This document shows positions 1-12,409 of a stretch of DNA of 64,000 bases, piece by piece. Under the pieces are notes generated by a model. It searched no databases and had not been told where the DNA came from. It worked only from the letters and a program-made list of their open reading frames with translations. The position numbers were made by a program, and so were the translations under genes. Within the stretch, counting starts at the first letter, position 1. Each line of letters opens with the position of its first letter. The stretch covers positions 38,192,001 through 38,256,000 of the forward strand of contig OZ024746.1 in assembly GCA_964016885.1 (NCBI GenBank), given 5' to 3'. The DNA is from Eledone cirrhosa (Eukaryota).

Positions 1-509
1 CACTTTTTATATATCACTAAGCCTCACTATGAAATAGTCAATCAACTTGTAGGAAATAGAAACTGTCTCACTCTGAATCCTCTCTCCACTGTCTTACTCT
101 ATCACAGCATCCTTCTTCAAATCCATCGCCTAACCTTCAGCCCGTGGTAGCTATATCAATATGCAATTACAACATGGTTTATTATTAAACGGGACTAGCT
201 GAACACTGAATAAATACTTTTAATATTTCATTTCATGCTTCACATGCTACATACTTTGCTACTTTGATTCTCTTAACCTTTTCCGTATGCTTACAATCAA
301 TTCTACATCGCTAGCATTCATTTGATTCTAATTCTCTCGCTTTCAAGTCCAACATATCTCTCTCTTCATTTCTAAAATGCCTATAAATTCAACTATTCGT
401 CCTCACCATAGGCATTTAATAATATTCTATAGTCTACAATGTTTTCTCTTATTCTCGCGCTGTGGTGCGATAGAAATAAGCTACATTTAATAATAAAATA
501 ATTTCTGCT

Positions 510-564
<55 letters not shown>

Positions 565-1536
565 GTGAAATGAGCGAAAATTGTCAGAGTCGTGTCTGGA
601 TACCAGCAAAAGGGTAGTACCAATTCTCTGATTGCCATGAAAATTTACACATTAATGTGAAAGGTGCCGACGAAGGGACAGGTCTACTTGGGTTTCTCTA
701 AATTGAACAATGTGGTCTCTAGGGCCAAAGAACGGTCTTTTTCTATCAATTTTACCTCCCTATAGTTTCTTAGCTTTACTCTGTCGCTCTTGCCTCTCTC
801 TATAATAGATCATTCCCCCTCTCTATAATTTAACTGCTTTATTCTCTCTGTCGCTCTTCACTCCCTATATGAAAACACTGCAGAGAGAGAGAGATAGGCC
901 GTAGACAGAGAGAGATACAATTAAAGTGTTAGATATTCAGAGAGAGAGAGAGACAGACAGACAGAGAGGAAGGACCAGCAAACTTTAGTTAACGTTCAGT
1001 CACGTGTTGTATATATTTAATCTGTCGTCGCTCGCATAACACACACACACACACACACACACATACACACGATACTTATATAAAGATGAGCGTTGTGTGT
1101 TTGTATGTATCCTACACACCTCCCTATACTATTTAACCTAAAATACTTTCATATCCATCTCTTAGTGAAGCATTTCCAATTCATTATACGTAAACAATGA
1201 CATTAATCTTTCGCTTTTAGCTTAGCATTTTACATTCAATGCCTTCCTTTTTTAATGCAACTTTTTATTGAAACGACTACATGCTCTCCGTGGTTCAGTA
1301 TTTAACCTAAAATACCTTTACACTGCTTCTATCGTTATACGATATGCCTAACCCAAAATGACCAGTATTTTCTTCGAAACGAAATAAAGCCCTTAAATTG
1401 CGAAGAATGGAGGCGCGTGCGCCGTAACGTTTTTTATCGATATCCTTTGTTATTTTGCTTCTTTAATCTCCATAAAAATATTATTTCTGTCTTGAGAAGT
1501 TGTAAAAGAGTACTGGTCGAGTTAAAGCATTAGGAT

Positions 1537-4500
1537 TTGTTTTGTTTTTTACTCCAGGAGACATCGGATGCAAGGGAGGCCCGTCTTACTGCCCAGCGCA
1601 TTCAGCGCCAACGCTCACGTCTCGACGAGACTCCGGAGGCAAGGGAGGCCCATCTTACTGCCCAGCGCACTCACGACCAACGCTCACGTCTCGAAGAGAT
1701 TCCAGAGACAAGAGTGTACCGTCTTGCTGCCGACCGCAATCAGCGCCAACGCTCACGTCTCGACGAGACTCCGGAGGCAAGGGAGGACCGTCTTTCTGAC
1801 CAGCGCACTCAACGTCAACGCTCACCTCTCAACGAGACTCCGGAAGCAAGAGAAGAAAGGTTCACAGGTAGATGGCGTCAACGTCAAGAAAATGCTGCTA
1901 CTACAAGGGACACTTTTTGCTTAAAAGCTGGCTTTAACTACAATCCTTCTGATGATTTCACCAATCACCCGGACTTGGCTCTTGGAAAAATGGATAAGGT
2001 ATGCAGGGGAACAAGTGCACAGAACACTACCCCAGAGCCTTCACCAGGGAGATTTGCACTGGGGTTGACGGCTGCCCCATCTACCGGCAGCGTGCTCCCG
2101 ATTTTGGCGGCCTTTCGGCTAGGATTAAGAAGAAAGGGAAAGAATACGACATTGACAACAACTGGGTGGTGCCTTACAGCGCCTTACTTGCTAAAATGTT
2201 TAATGCTCAGATCAATGCGGTGTCCTGCACATTTGTTAAAAGTATTAAATATATCTGCAAATACATCAACAAAGGGGGTGACATGGCGGTGGTGTTGGCC
2301 TCAGTGATGGCGTAGAATCAAAAGACAAAATTACTCAGTTCATGATCGGACGATACATTTCGTCCAATATGGCGGCTTGGCGCATTTTGGGGCTTGAAAT
2401 TCACCGGTGCTCTGCAGCAGTTGTTAACTTGGACGTTCACTTAGAGAATGGTCAACGCGTTTATTTCACTGAGGAAACCGCATTGGCTGCTGCCGTACAG
2501 CCATCTGAGACGATGCTTACAGCATTTTTTAAGCTATGTTCTGTTGATACGTTTGCAGTTACCCTTTTTACGTCGATGTAGCTACCTACTTCACTTGGTC
2601 GAACAAAAAATGGCATCGGCGGTGACAAGGGGAAAAAGTTGAGGATTGGGTAGGTGTCATCAGAGGTAATGCCATCGGACGCGTGTACAATGTTCATCCG
2701 AAGCAACAATAATGCTTTTTCCTACGAATGTTGCTGCATTAAATCAAAGGGCCCAAGTCATTCGCCGACCTAAGACTTTTGGAAGGCCACAGTTGTTCGA
2801 GTTACAGGGAGGAAGCGCGGGCTCCTCGAGGATGATGACCACCTGAACGTGGGGTTGACAGAGACTGTTGAATGTAAGATGCCTCGAGAAATGAGACGTC
2901 TGTTTTGCATGATGAATAGGTGAGCCCATTAAGCTTTGGGAAACGCATAAGGACAACATGTCAGAGGACATCCTCTGTAGACTACGAGCAGAAGATCCAG
3001 CGGCTGGCTTTGCTTTCCATGACGCGGTGTACAATGGGGCCCTCATCGACATGGACAACCATCTTAAGGTCTTGGAGTTGGCGGTGAATCTGATTTCGGT
3101 TTGCCACAACCTCGAAACACTCACAGTGCTTTAGATGTGGAGTTCTTGCGTGAGTTAAATTACAACATCGACGATATGACACATCAGGTAGCTGAGGACG
3201 AACCCTGACTTTTGCATGAGCAGAGACGGAATATGACAGAATTCTCTCCAGTGTCAATTCAAATGAGGGACGACTATTTTTCCTGGATGCTCCAGGCGGA
3301 ACAGGAAAAGCTTTTCTCATCAACATTTCGCTTGCTTACGAAGCTACGAAAAGTCAAGCGGATTGCTTTAGTGGTCGTCTTCAGTGGTATTGCGGCGACA
3401 CTGTTACATGGTGGTCGTACGATACACTCCGCATTCAAATTGTCTTTGGACATTGCAAAGAAGGAGAATCCTACATGTAGAATAGATCGTGGTGACCCTA
3501 AAGCACATCTTCTTTCTGAGTGTTGCCTATTGATATGGGACGAGGCTACCATGAGTCACAAGGCGGCCTTTGAGGCTCTGGATCGAACTCTCAAGGACTT
3601 GCGTCGGAACTAACGCGTCATGGCTGGAGCGACTATACTGCTGGCTGGCGATTTCCGACAGACTCTGTCTGTTATCACTAGAGGTACTAGCGCTGACGAA
3701 GTGAACGCATGCATCACGTCGTCCTACGTATGGCAGTATATCCACAAACTACATATGACTACCGACATGAGAGTGCATGTGCATGGTGGCGCAAACTCCT
3801 TCCATTTCTCAAAACATCTACTAGAATTTGGTAATAGAACTACACCTAGAGTGGATGCAGAGCATAACCTTTGCCTTTTGGGAACTTTGTGTCAAACATT
3901 GACGAATTAATGTCATCTGTATTTCCAGACCTTGAATCACGATTCCATGATCACACCTGGCTGAAAGGGAGAGCTATTTTGGCACCACACAATGCCACTG
4001 TTGACGTGATGAACCAAAATCTACTCGATCAGGTTCCCGGAAATGAAGTCTCCTTCAAGTCGATTGACACCAATAAAAACGCGGATGACGCCGTCATCTA
4101 CACAATTGAATTCCTCAACAGTCAACTACCTCCGGGATTTCCTCCTCATGATCTGAAACTGAAGGTTGGTGTGCCAGTTTGCTGCTGAGAAACCTGGATG
4201 CACCAGAACTATGCAACGGAACCCGTTTAAACATCAAAAAAATAAGGACCCAAATTCTGGAGACAACCATTTTGAGTGGACCCGCTGCTGGCGTGACCAA
4301 GTTAATTACCCCTATGAGCCTTAGTCTCTCTGACGTCCCCTATCAATTTACGCGACTGCAGTTTCCCATAAAACTCTGCTTTGCAATGAACATTAACAAA
4401 GCACAAGGACAATGGCTGCAAGTGGTTGGCCTAAATCTAACATAGCAGATATTTGCCCATGGTCAACTATACGTCGGATGATCCCTCGTCGGCAGTCCAC

Positions 4501-4568
4501 ACAATCTCTTCATGTGTGGTAACTCTGGCAACACCTGGAACGTTGTCTACAAAGAAGCCCTGCAATAG
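1537..4568 (+). pseudogene. Helitron RepHel pseudogene (Rep motif 3 + Pif1-family SF1 helicase), many frameshifts and stops
   Basis: Rep-region motifs: YPRAF..DGCPIYRQR, IDNNWVVPYS, SIKYICKYINKG (YxxKY), GRYISSNMAAWRILG, VHLENGQRVYF. Helicase motifs: Walker A FLDAPGGTGK (~3279-3310), LLIWDEATM, LLAGDFRQ, RNLDAPELCNGTRL, QFPIKLCFAMNINKAQGQ. Confidence 0.9.
1558..1860 (+). repeat. Coding tandem repeat, ~4.5 x 69 bp (23 aa, ETPEAREARLxxQRxxxQRSRLD), in Helitron N-terminus
   Basis: GAGACTCCGGAGGCAAGGGAGG recurs at 1628 and 1766 (2 x 69 nt apart); the repeat is visible in ORF 1537..2307. Confidence 0.85.
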
Positions 4569-6297
4569 CATCTTTGAAACCTACTCCACCCAACGTCTCT
4601 CTGTCAAACCACTCTCTTCACGTCGCCCCTCAACTTATTAACTTAATAAAAAGTGGACCCGAGTAGCTCCGAGTGCAACCGGACTCAGCTGCTAGTATAT
4701 ATATTACAAACATTTGGATGCTATGTTAAACCTGTTGTTGGGAGCATTTGAAGATCTCATGTTTGGGGATACATGTCTTCGACACTCCCAACAATCTTAA
4801 ATTCCCTAAAAGGTGTTAAAAATGCTGCTTTTCCTTCCTAGACTAAACAGTTTCTGGCTGGCGCATAAACGCTTACCTATATTTATTTGTATGCAAGTAT
4901 GTATGAAAGATAATTCTACAAAAGTCGATGTGTTGAGATGTTTTGACTCAGATATGTTAAATATATTACGCAAACATATTAACATACATACTCACTCAGT
5001 CATACTTATACACACATACATATATAAGCGTACGTGTGTGTATTTTTGTGTGTTATATATGTATGTATGTGTCATATAGATTGATGCGTTCGTCTGTGTT
5101 ATGTCTGGACTGAAAGATCCAAACTCATTCACTATATTAATTAGCTGCGAATCAGTATTAATTATTTATAAATCAATTTTACTGTTATCACAAATGTAGT
5201 TTATTTTCTATATAATCAGTTCTTTGTTATTTGTGCGTTTTGTTCTGTTTGTCTGTGTGTGTGTTTACCGATGTTTTTATGTTTTTGTAATTTTTTCTAA
5301 TACAAAAATATTCATTTAACTTCTCATTTTGTTGGAACAAGAATTAAACTGTTATCTCAATTTTGCAGACAATTTTGTTCCGTCTGTGATCAGATTATTA
5401 AATGGCAACGTGTAGGTGGGCTTTTGTACTAGTGTGTGTACGATGTGGGTATGTATATGTATTTGTGTTTGTATGATGTTCATTTTATATATGTATACTT
5501 GTTGTAATTGTTTTCTTTTTGATTTTATTTAATTTCTTGATTATTTTTTACTCTAAATGTTTCGTGGCTGTAATGTTAAACATATTTATAATTTATAGAT
5601 TGCATATGCCATGGAAAAGTTTGCGATAATACGTAATTATTTAAAGAAGAAAACAAGAAGTAAAGAAAACAAAATGGTTGTTGGAACTGTCATATTCACC
5701 TCTTTAAATTAATTTATCCTTTATTGATGGCGCTAGAATGTCTGAAATATTTCAGAATCAGAACATTTAAAGATTATTTATTACGAGAAACATTCCTTGT
5801 TTTGTTTAATTCCACTTTGTTGCGATGGATGAGGACACAAATCGTGAAATATATAGATATAGGCGCGTACGTTTGTGTGTGTGGGTGTTCATTAAGTGGA
5901 ATTTATCCATACTTTTAAACATAACACTTTGACGATTCCGTTTGGAATAAATGCGTTTAAAAATAAGTTACATAGGTTATCATATTAGTTTGTTTAATTA
6001 TACTAAAATGTTCAGAATGTGTGTTGATGTGTGGGAATAGGTAGAGAAGAAATTGGAACTGAATGCTGCGTTCATAAATTCAATATTTTTTTTTATTGGA
6101 CATCTCATTTATACAGAGTATGTTAATAACATTTTATGAACAACATGCCAAAATATGCCATGCTGCACGTAGGATATAATATATCTTGCTGGCAACGCAT
6201 TCACATAACAATTAGTGTATAAAAAGTATGAAAATATGTGAGTATACATAACTTATATATAAAATGTTACACATTATGGATTTAGGAAGTAGTTTTC

Positions 6298-6396
<99 letters not shown>

Positions 6397-7307
6397 CATC
6401 TATCTGTCTGTCTGAGTGTGTTTGTGTGTTCATCTATCTGTCTGTCTGAGTGTGTTTATGTGTATACGTGTGTATGTATGTGTTTGGAAATGATATCTCG
6501 TCGATTATAAGCAGACTCCGTTTCAAGATGTCTCAATATATGATGCCAAGAAGGATCATATAGTTAGATTGTTTTGAGGACCTCATTCCCAATATGATCG
6601 CGATGAAATCAATTTTCATTTAAAACCCCACATTATTGCAATATCGTATTTGCGGTGACATTAAATGAAAGAGTAGTGTAAAAGTATTTATATTATAAGG
6701 AATATTCGCAATCGTAACTAAAACTATTATTTCGTTGCATTTGTAAAATTTCACTATGTTTCGACATTTTGATATATTAACAAGGCTTATTTGATTATAT
6801 AATCTCGTTTGAACACAATTTTGAATGTTTCATGTTGTTTACATTCTAGCTAAATATGACGCCTTATATAATATTATATCTTGAGATTGAATTTTCATTA
6901 CAGATGTTAATATTTTATACTGCTTTATCATCATTTATGTTTACGTTTCTGTCCGACATTCAAAACAATATATATTTTGAGAAATTTCCATCTAAAAAAT
7001 TCATTTACGTTTTACTTCTATATAAAATGCGTTGTAATGAAACTCTACCTATGGTATTAGATTCATAGATATATTTTACATAAATTCATCTATATTTTAC
7101 AAAATGTAATGTCGCGAATAGAATATTTTAATAGATTGTTTGTGTGTACATGAGTACATATACACAGAGAGACACAGATGTAGGGGAATATATATATAAG
7201 CATGCATGTATATATATATAGATATATATATATATCAATACATGTATAGAACTATATGTATGTACATAAGTACATATATACTTATACATGCACACGCACA
7301 CACACAC

Positions 7308-7352
<45 letters not shown>

Positions 7353-7362
7353 TTAAAATTAT

Positions 7363-7408
<46 letters not shown>

Positions 7409-7780
7409 CTTTATACATGTGTACGTTTGCCTGTGTCTGTCTGTGTGTACGTATGTAAATACATATCAATATAGATCTGTACATACTTACTGTTGAAATA
7501 TATATTCAGTTTAATATAACTTGCATTTTTCAATTTAGGTTATGAATGTTTTGATGCATGTATGAATGTTTTTATATATGTATAGAGAGAGAGAGGGGCG
7601 GGGGGCGAGAGAGAAAGAAAGAGAGAGAGAGAGAGGAAGATAGATGGTGGGGGATGAGATGGTGTGAAGGAGTGAGTGGTAGATAGACAAATGCAGACAC
7701 GCACATACACATATACATACACACACATACATACACACATATATACACACACACACACATATACATATATATATATATAT

Positions 7781-8110
7781 ATTGTTATTATACTTTGGGA
7801 GAGACATGCTACCCATAAAGACACACGCACCCTAGGTTTTCACTCTAATTTATAATAGGTTTCCAGCTGGATGGTTGGCTGGTTGTTTCGATAACCGGAT
7901 GGTTGTTTATATATATTGTCAAAGCTCTTTCGTCACATATTCTGTGACCTCAGTGACTGGGTTTATATTTTGTATCTCTCCTTTGTTCTGTCCTAAACCA
8001 TCTTATTTACTGCGTGTGTGTCTACTAGCAGCATGACCCTCCCGAAGCGTAACAATATCTGTTTTAATACAGGTTTTCAGATGAGAAATCTTACAAAACA
8101 ATTTCAGCAA
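7781..8110. mobile_element. Diverged PLE pseudo-LTR relic related to family 1: inverted pLTR (7781-~8030, minus) plus short direct arm and tail (~8033-8110, plus)
   Basis: 8033-8064 ATGACCCTCCCGAAGCGTAACAATATCTGTTT matches 11693-11725. It is flanked by (TA)n. A hammerhead remnant lies on minus at 7918-7957 (CTGA-GGTCACA..TGTGAC-GAAA-GAGCTTT, core partly deleted). Confidence 0.6.
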
Positions 8111-8207
8111 GATCGTATTTCGGTCGTGGCCAAAAAGAAAGCGAAACGCAAATGTCGAGATATGCAGCAATGGAAGCTACAGCAATTAACATACGTTATA
8201 TATATAC

Positions 8208-8290
<83 letters not shown>

Positions 8291-8316
8291 AATATATATA
8301 TATATACATATATATA

Positions 8317-8393
<77 letters not shown>

Positions 8394-8897
8394 ATATTTG
8401 GGGAGGGTCATATTTGCGTAATATTGCCAGAATTAATAACAGAACACACTCACTGTTTGGTTGGTTTTCGCTTCTCGCTGTCTTTTATATATATATATCT
8501 GCGATCTAACTTACTCGGTCCTCAATGTTGCCATTGACTGACCGGCGGTCAAAAATAAAATAATACAGATACAATATAGACAAACACATATATATATAGT
8601 TTACATAAATCTTTCGTTGCACATCTGCAACATCGTCAGTGGTGTTATATTCATTGTTCCTCCTGTTGTGTTGTATGTCTACGCCATTTTTTTTTTGTTC
8701 AGTCCGTCTATATATTTATTTATTTGTTTGCTTGTTTGTTTATCTTATTTTATTTTGTCTTCTTTGCGCATGCGTTTGCGTGTGTGATGTGTGACTAGTG
8801 TGTATAGTGTTGTGTCTGCTGGGTGACTAGTGTGTGTTTATGTGCTTGTGTATGTATTTATTTATCTTATTTTATTTAATTTAATTTACTTATTTAT

Positions 8898-9945
8898 TTA
8901 TACTTCTCTTAGGTCAGTGTTGTTTGTTTGGGTGTTGTTGTTGTTCCACTCATTCTTTCTGTTTAGCTTTGGTCTTCTAATTTCTATTTCACTGGCCTCT
9001 CTGATTTGCCTATCTGCTGGGTCATTCCTATGTTTAGATATTATTCTAATTTCTATGTTGTCTATGTTACCGTCATGATGTTGTCTAGCATGTTCGTATA
9101 GTACTGACCCGTTTTTTCGTCCTTTTAGTTCCCCCCAGTGTTGGTCTATCCTTTCACCTATGCTACGAGCTGTCTCACCTATGTATGTTGTTGTCGTGTT
9201 TCTACAAGTACCCTCTGTACATCTTATGCTATAGACTACGTTTCTAGTTTTACAGTTTATCCGGGGGTTCACCTTACATATGATACATTTCCTATTGGTA
9301 CAGTGGGTTTTCTTAAAAGGGTAGGTTTTGCTGATCAGGGATTTTATGGTGGTTCCTGGCTTTTCTACCACCTTTATTTTTAAGTGGGTCTTTCTCAGGG
9401 CCTTTCTACACTGGTTAGCTAATTTCCCTCCAGGGGTGGCGTCCACAAACATGACACTCTGATATCTCTGGTTGTCGTACCATGATGTGGCCTTCCCTAT
9501 CTTATGTCTAGCCCTATCTAAGCTATTCCATGATTTGCTCCTGTATAGTGGGCAAATTCCTTTCATGTCCAGTTCTATGAGGGTCTTATACTTTTCCATG
9601 GCTCCTTCGTATACTCTGACTCTGTCTCTTTGGTTGTAGCCAGAGAACTGCATGCGGTTGATGAAGTGTTGGATGTGTCCTTCCATTTCTGTTGGGTCGC
9701 ACATGCTGGACACATTCTTCATCACTCGTACCAAATCTGCGATCAGAATATTAAACTTAGCACTACTGGACATTGCTGAGTTTTTGAGTATCAGGTATTT
9801 GGAGGCCATGGGTTTAGCATAGTGTGAGTGGAGAATTTGGGCTCTCTCGTCTATAGTGTTAATCCAGAGTTCTGTGTCTAATACAGGTAGTCTATTGTTA
9901 GGGTGTTTGGAAGGGAAGTCTATAGTTACAGTTATACTCTGGTGT
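8898..9945 (-). CDS. Inverted duplicate of PLE thumb + GIY-YIG coding region (lacks YVDD)
   Basis: The translation of ORF 8898..9809 is identical to the C-terminal 303 aa of ORF 9977..11206. Confidence 0.85.
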
Positions 9946-11206
9946 CAGCATAGCTGGCGATGTTGCCAACCTTTTCATGGTATGGTGGGAAAGGAGACTT
10001 AAAGATCTCCTTAATGAAAGCTCCATAGACCTCATCATGTACTCTCGTTATGTAGACGATATCAATATAGTTATAAGAACACCCCCACTAGAGAGCACTA
10101 ACAAGTTTGATTTAGAACGTAGCACGATGGAAAGCATCCAGCAGATAGCTAATTCCATACACCAGAGTATAACTGTAACTATAGACTTCCCTTCCAAACA
10201 CCCTAACAATAGACTACCTGTATTAGACACAGAACTCTGGATTAACACTATAGACGAGAGAGCCCAAATTCTCCACTCACACTATGCTAAACCCATGGCC
10301 TCCAAATACCTGATACTCAAAAACTCAGCAATGTCCAGTAGTGCTAAGTTTAATATTCTGATCGCAGATTTGGTACGAGTGATGAAGAATGTGTCCAGCA
10401 TGTGCGACCCAACAGAAATGGAAGGACACATCCAACACTTCATCAACCGCATGCAGTTCTCTGGCTACAACCAAAGAGACAGAGTCAGAGTATACGAAGG
10501 AGCCATGGAAAAGTATAAGACCCTCATAGAACTGGACATGAAAGGAATTTGCCCACTATACAGGAGCAAATCATGGAATAGCTTAGATAGGGCTAGACAT
10601 AAGATAGGGAAGGCCACATCATGGTACGACAACCAGAGATATCAGAGTGTCATGTTTGTGGACGCCACCCCTGGAGGGAAATTAGCTAACCAGTGTAGAA
10701 AGGCCCTGAGAAAGACCCACTTAAAAATAAAGGTGGTAGAAAAGCCAGGAACCACCATAAAATCCCTGATCAGCAAAACCTACCCTTTTAAGAAAACCCA
10801 CTGTACCAATAGGAAATGTATCATATGTAAGGTGAACCCCCGGATAAACTGTAAAACTAGAAACGTAGTCTATAGCATAAGATGTACAGAGGGTACTTGT
10901 AGAAACACGACAACAACATACATAGGTGAGACAGCTCGTAGCATAGGTGAAAGGATAGACCAACACTGGGGGGAACTAAAAGGACGAAAAAACGGGTCAG
11001 TACTATACGAACATGCTAGACAACATCATGACGGTAACATAGACAACATAGAAATTAGAATAATATCTAAACATAGGAATGACCCAGCAGATAGGCAAAT
11101 CAGAGAGGCCAGTGAAATAGAAATTAGAAGACCAAAGCTAAACAGAAAGAATGAGTGGAACAACAACAACACCCAAACAAACAACACTGACCTAAGAGAA
11201 GTATAA
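9941..11206 (+). CDS. PLE polyprotein, 5'-truncated: RT C-terminal part/thumb, Cys-rich linker, GIY-YIG endonuclease
   Basis: Uninterrupted frame: GVSIAGDVANLFM..YSRYVDD..LPVLD..HYAKP..CTNRKCIIC..NC..NVVYSIRC..C..YIGETARSIGERIDQH..LYEH..E..I..PKLNRK. Confidence 0.9.
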   Translation, partial: GVSIAGDVANLFMVWWERRLKDLLNESSIDLIMYSRYVDDINIVIRTPPLESTNKFDLERSTMESIQQIANSIHQSITVTIDFPSKHPNNRLPVLDTELWINTIDERAQILHSHYAKPMASKYLILKNSAMSSSAKFNILIADLVRVMKNVSSMCDPTEMEGHIQHFINRMQFSGYNQRDRVRVYEGAMEKYKTLIELDMKGICPLYRSKSWNSLDRARHKIGKATSWYDNQRYQSVMFVDATPGGKLANQCRKALRKTHLKIKVVEKPGTTIKSLISKTYPFKKTHCTNRKCIICKVNPRINCKTRNVVYSIRCTEGTCRNTTTTYIGETARSIGERIDQHWGELKGRKNGSVLYEHARQHHDGNIDNIEIRIISKHRNDPADRQIREASEIEIRRPKLNRKNEWNNNNTQTNNTDLREV

Positions 11207-11456
11207 ATAAATAAGTAAATTAAATTAAATAAAATAAGATAAATAAATACATACACAAGCACATAAACACACACTAGTCACCCAGCAGACACAACACTAT
11301 ACACACTAGTCACACATCACACACGCAAACGCATGCGCAAAGAAGACAAAATAAAATAAGATAAACAAACAAGCAAACAAATAAATAAATATATAGACGG
11401 ACTGAACAAAAAAAAAATGGCGTAGACATACAACACAACAGGAGGAACAATGAATA

Positions 11457-11501
11457 TAACACCACTGACGATGTTGCAGATGTGCAACGAAAGATTTATG
11501 T
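11457..11501 (+). ncRNA. Minimal type I hammerhead ribozyme-like motif in family 1 pLTR (mirror copy ~8603-8647, minus)
   Basis: CTGACGA (11465-71), T, GTTGCA/gatg/TGCAAC stem II, GAAA (11489-92), then GATTTA. Stems I and III are weak. Confidence 0.6.
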
Positions 11502-11774
11502 AAACTATATATATATGTGTTTGTCTATATTGTATCTGTATTATTTTATTTTTGACCGCCGGTCAGTCAATGGCAACATTGAGGACCGAGTAAGTTAGAT
11601 CGCAGATATATATATATAAAAGACAGCGAGAAGCGAAAACCAACCAAACAGTGAGTGTGTTCTGTTATTAATTCTGGCAATATTACGCAAATATGACCCT
11701 CCCCAAATATAACAATATCTGTTTCGACACACGATTTCATATAAAAAAACCTCGCAAAACTAATTCATCGCCGC

Positions 11775-11806
<32 letters not shown>

Positions 11807-12016
11807 AATATATATATATATATATACATATAAAATCAAGGTCTAGCAAATAGAGATGAAATTTTAAAATAAATGTTAAAAGGTTCGCTGTAATTACTAT
11901 ATGTGCCTTTATCTTTACTATTGCCATAGACCCACATTGGCATACGGTTGGATAATATTAGTATCCCTATATGTATTTTTAGACGTAGGAACACATACTT
12001 TATTATATATATATAA

Positions 12017-12150
12017 CAAAGAAAGGGGATGTGGTAAGATACCTTGTGGACCATAACCGTAATAGGAAAAGAATCAGAATACTGACGGCTACGCTTCGGC
12101 CGTCTCGACAGCTATATCCAAACTGCTAGTTCGGATGTAGCTGAATCGTT
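12017..12150 (-). mobile_element. Short (TA)n-anchored pLTR-like relic related to the 49987-50180 element
   Basis: GTGGTAAGATACCTTGTGGACCATAAC resembles GTGGTAAGGAACCAGATGGACCATAAC at ~49998. Internal hairpin CAGCTATATCCAAAC..GTTCGGATGTAGCTG. Confidence 0.45.
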
Positions 12151-12409
12151 TCCTACATACATATTAATTTATTATAATTATTATTATTATTATTATTATT
12201 GGCGACCTACGTAGTAAATCGTATTATCGTGAGCTCCGCAAAGGTTTGTTATTTCCGTTTGTTTAAAAATTGCCATTTATGGAAAATTTTATTGTTAACT
12301 GTTTATAAGCACACATACATTGTTTTCCGAAAAGGACACCTAAAAAGATTGGGGCCTTGTGCCCAAAATTTTAACTTTTATTATTATCAAAAAATTTCTT
12401 TGAAAAAAA

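Larger units (their letters stand above)
509..4695 (+). mobile_element. Helitron (rolling-circle transposon), decayed and internally deleted
   Basis: Contains Rep and Pif1-helicase coding remnants. The 3' end is CTAG (4692-4695) followed by T, preceded by a short GC-rich hairpin (TCCG-agtgcaac-CGGA, 4668-4684). The 5' end is probably the TC at 509-510 leading into the (TA)n run; the 5' boundary is uncertain. Confidence 0.85.
8386..11775. mobile_element. Penelope-like retroelement family 1, 5'-truncated, with 1560-bp inverted duplication; inserted in (TA)n
   Basis: Arms 8386-9945 and 10159-11718 are reverse complements with a 213-bp spacer. The right arm continues ~57 nt as an unpaired tail into (TA)n. 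It encodes the RT C-terminus and GIY-YIG. Confidence 0.93.

Noticed and set aside
1558-1860. Regularly spaced repeats as a CRISPR-like array
   Set aside because: Contiguous in-frame coding repeats without unique spacers, in a eukaryotic Helitron.
7349-7368. TTTATTAAAATTATTACTAT inside (TA)n, resembling the two fused termini of PLE family 2
   Set aside because: Only 20 AT-rich nt; cannot be distinguished from chance.
6264-8537. Many ORFs rich in YI/CV/HT dipeptides (also at 30-31, 37.4, 44.8 and 49.8-52.2 kb)
   Set aside because: Translations of (TA)n, (TG)n and (CA)n microsatellites.
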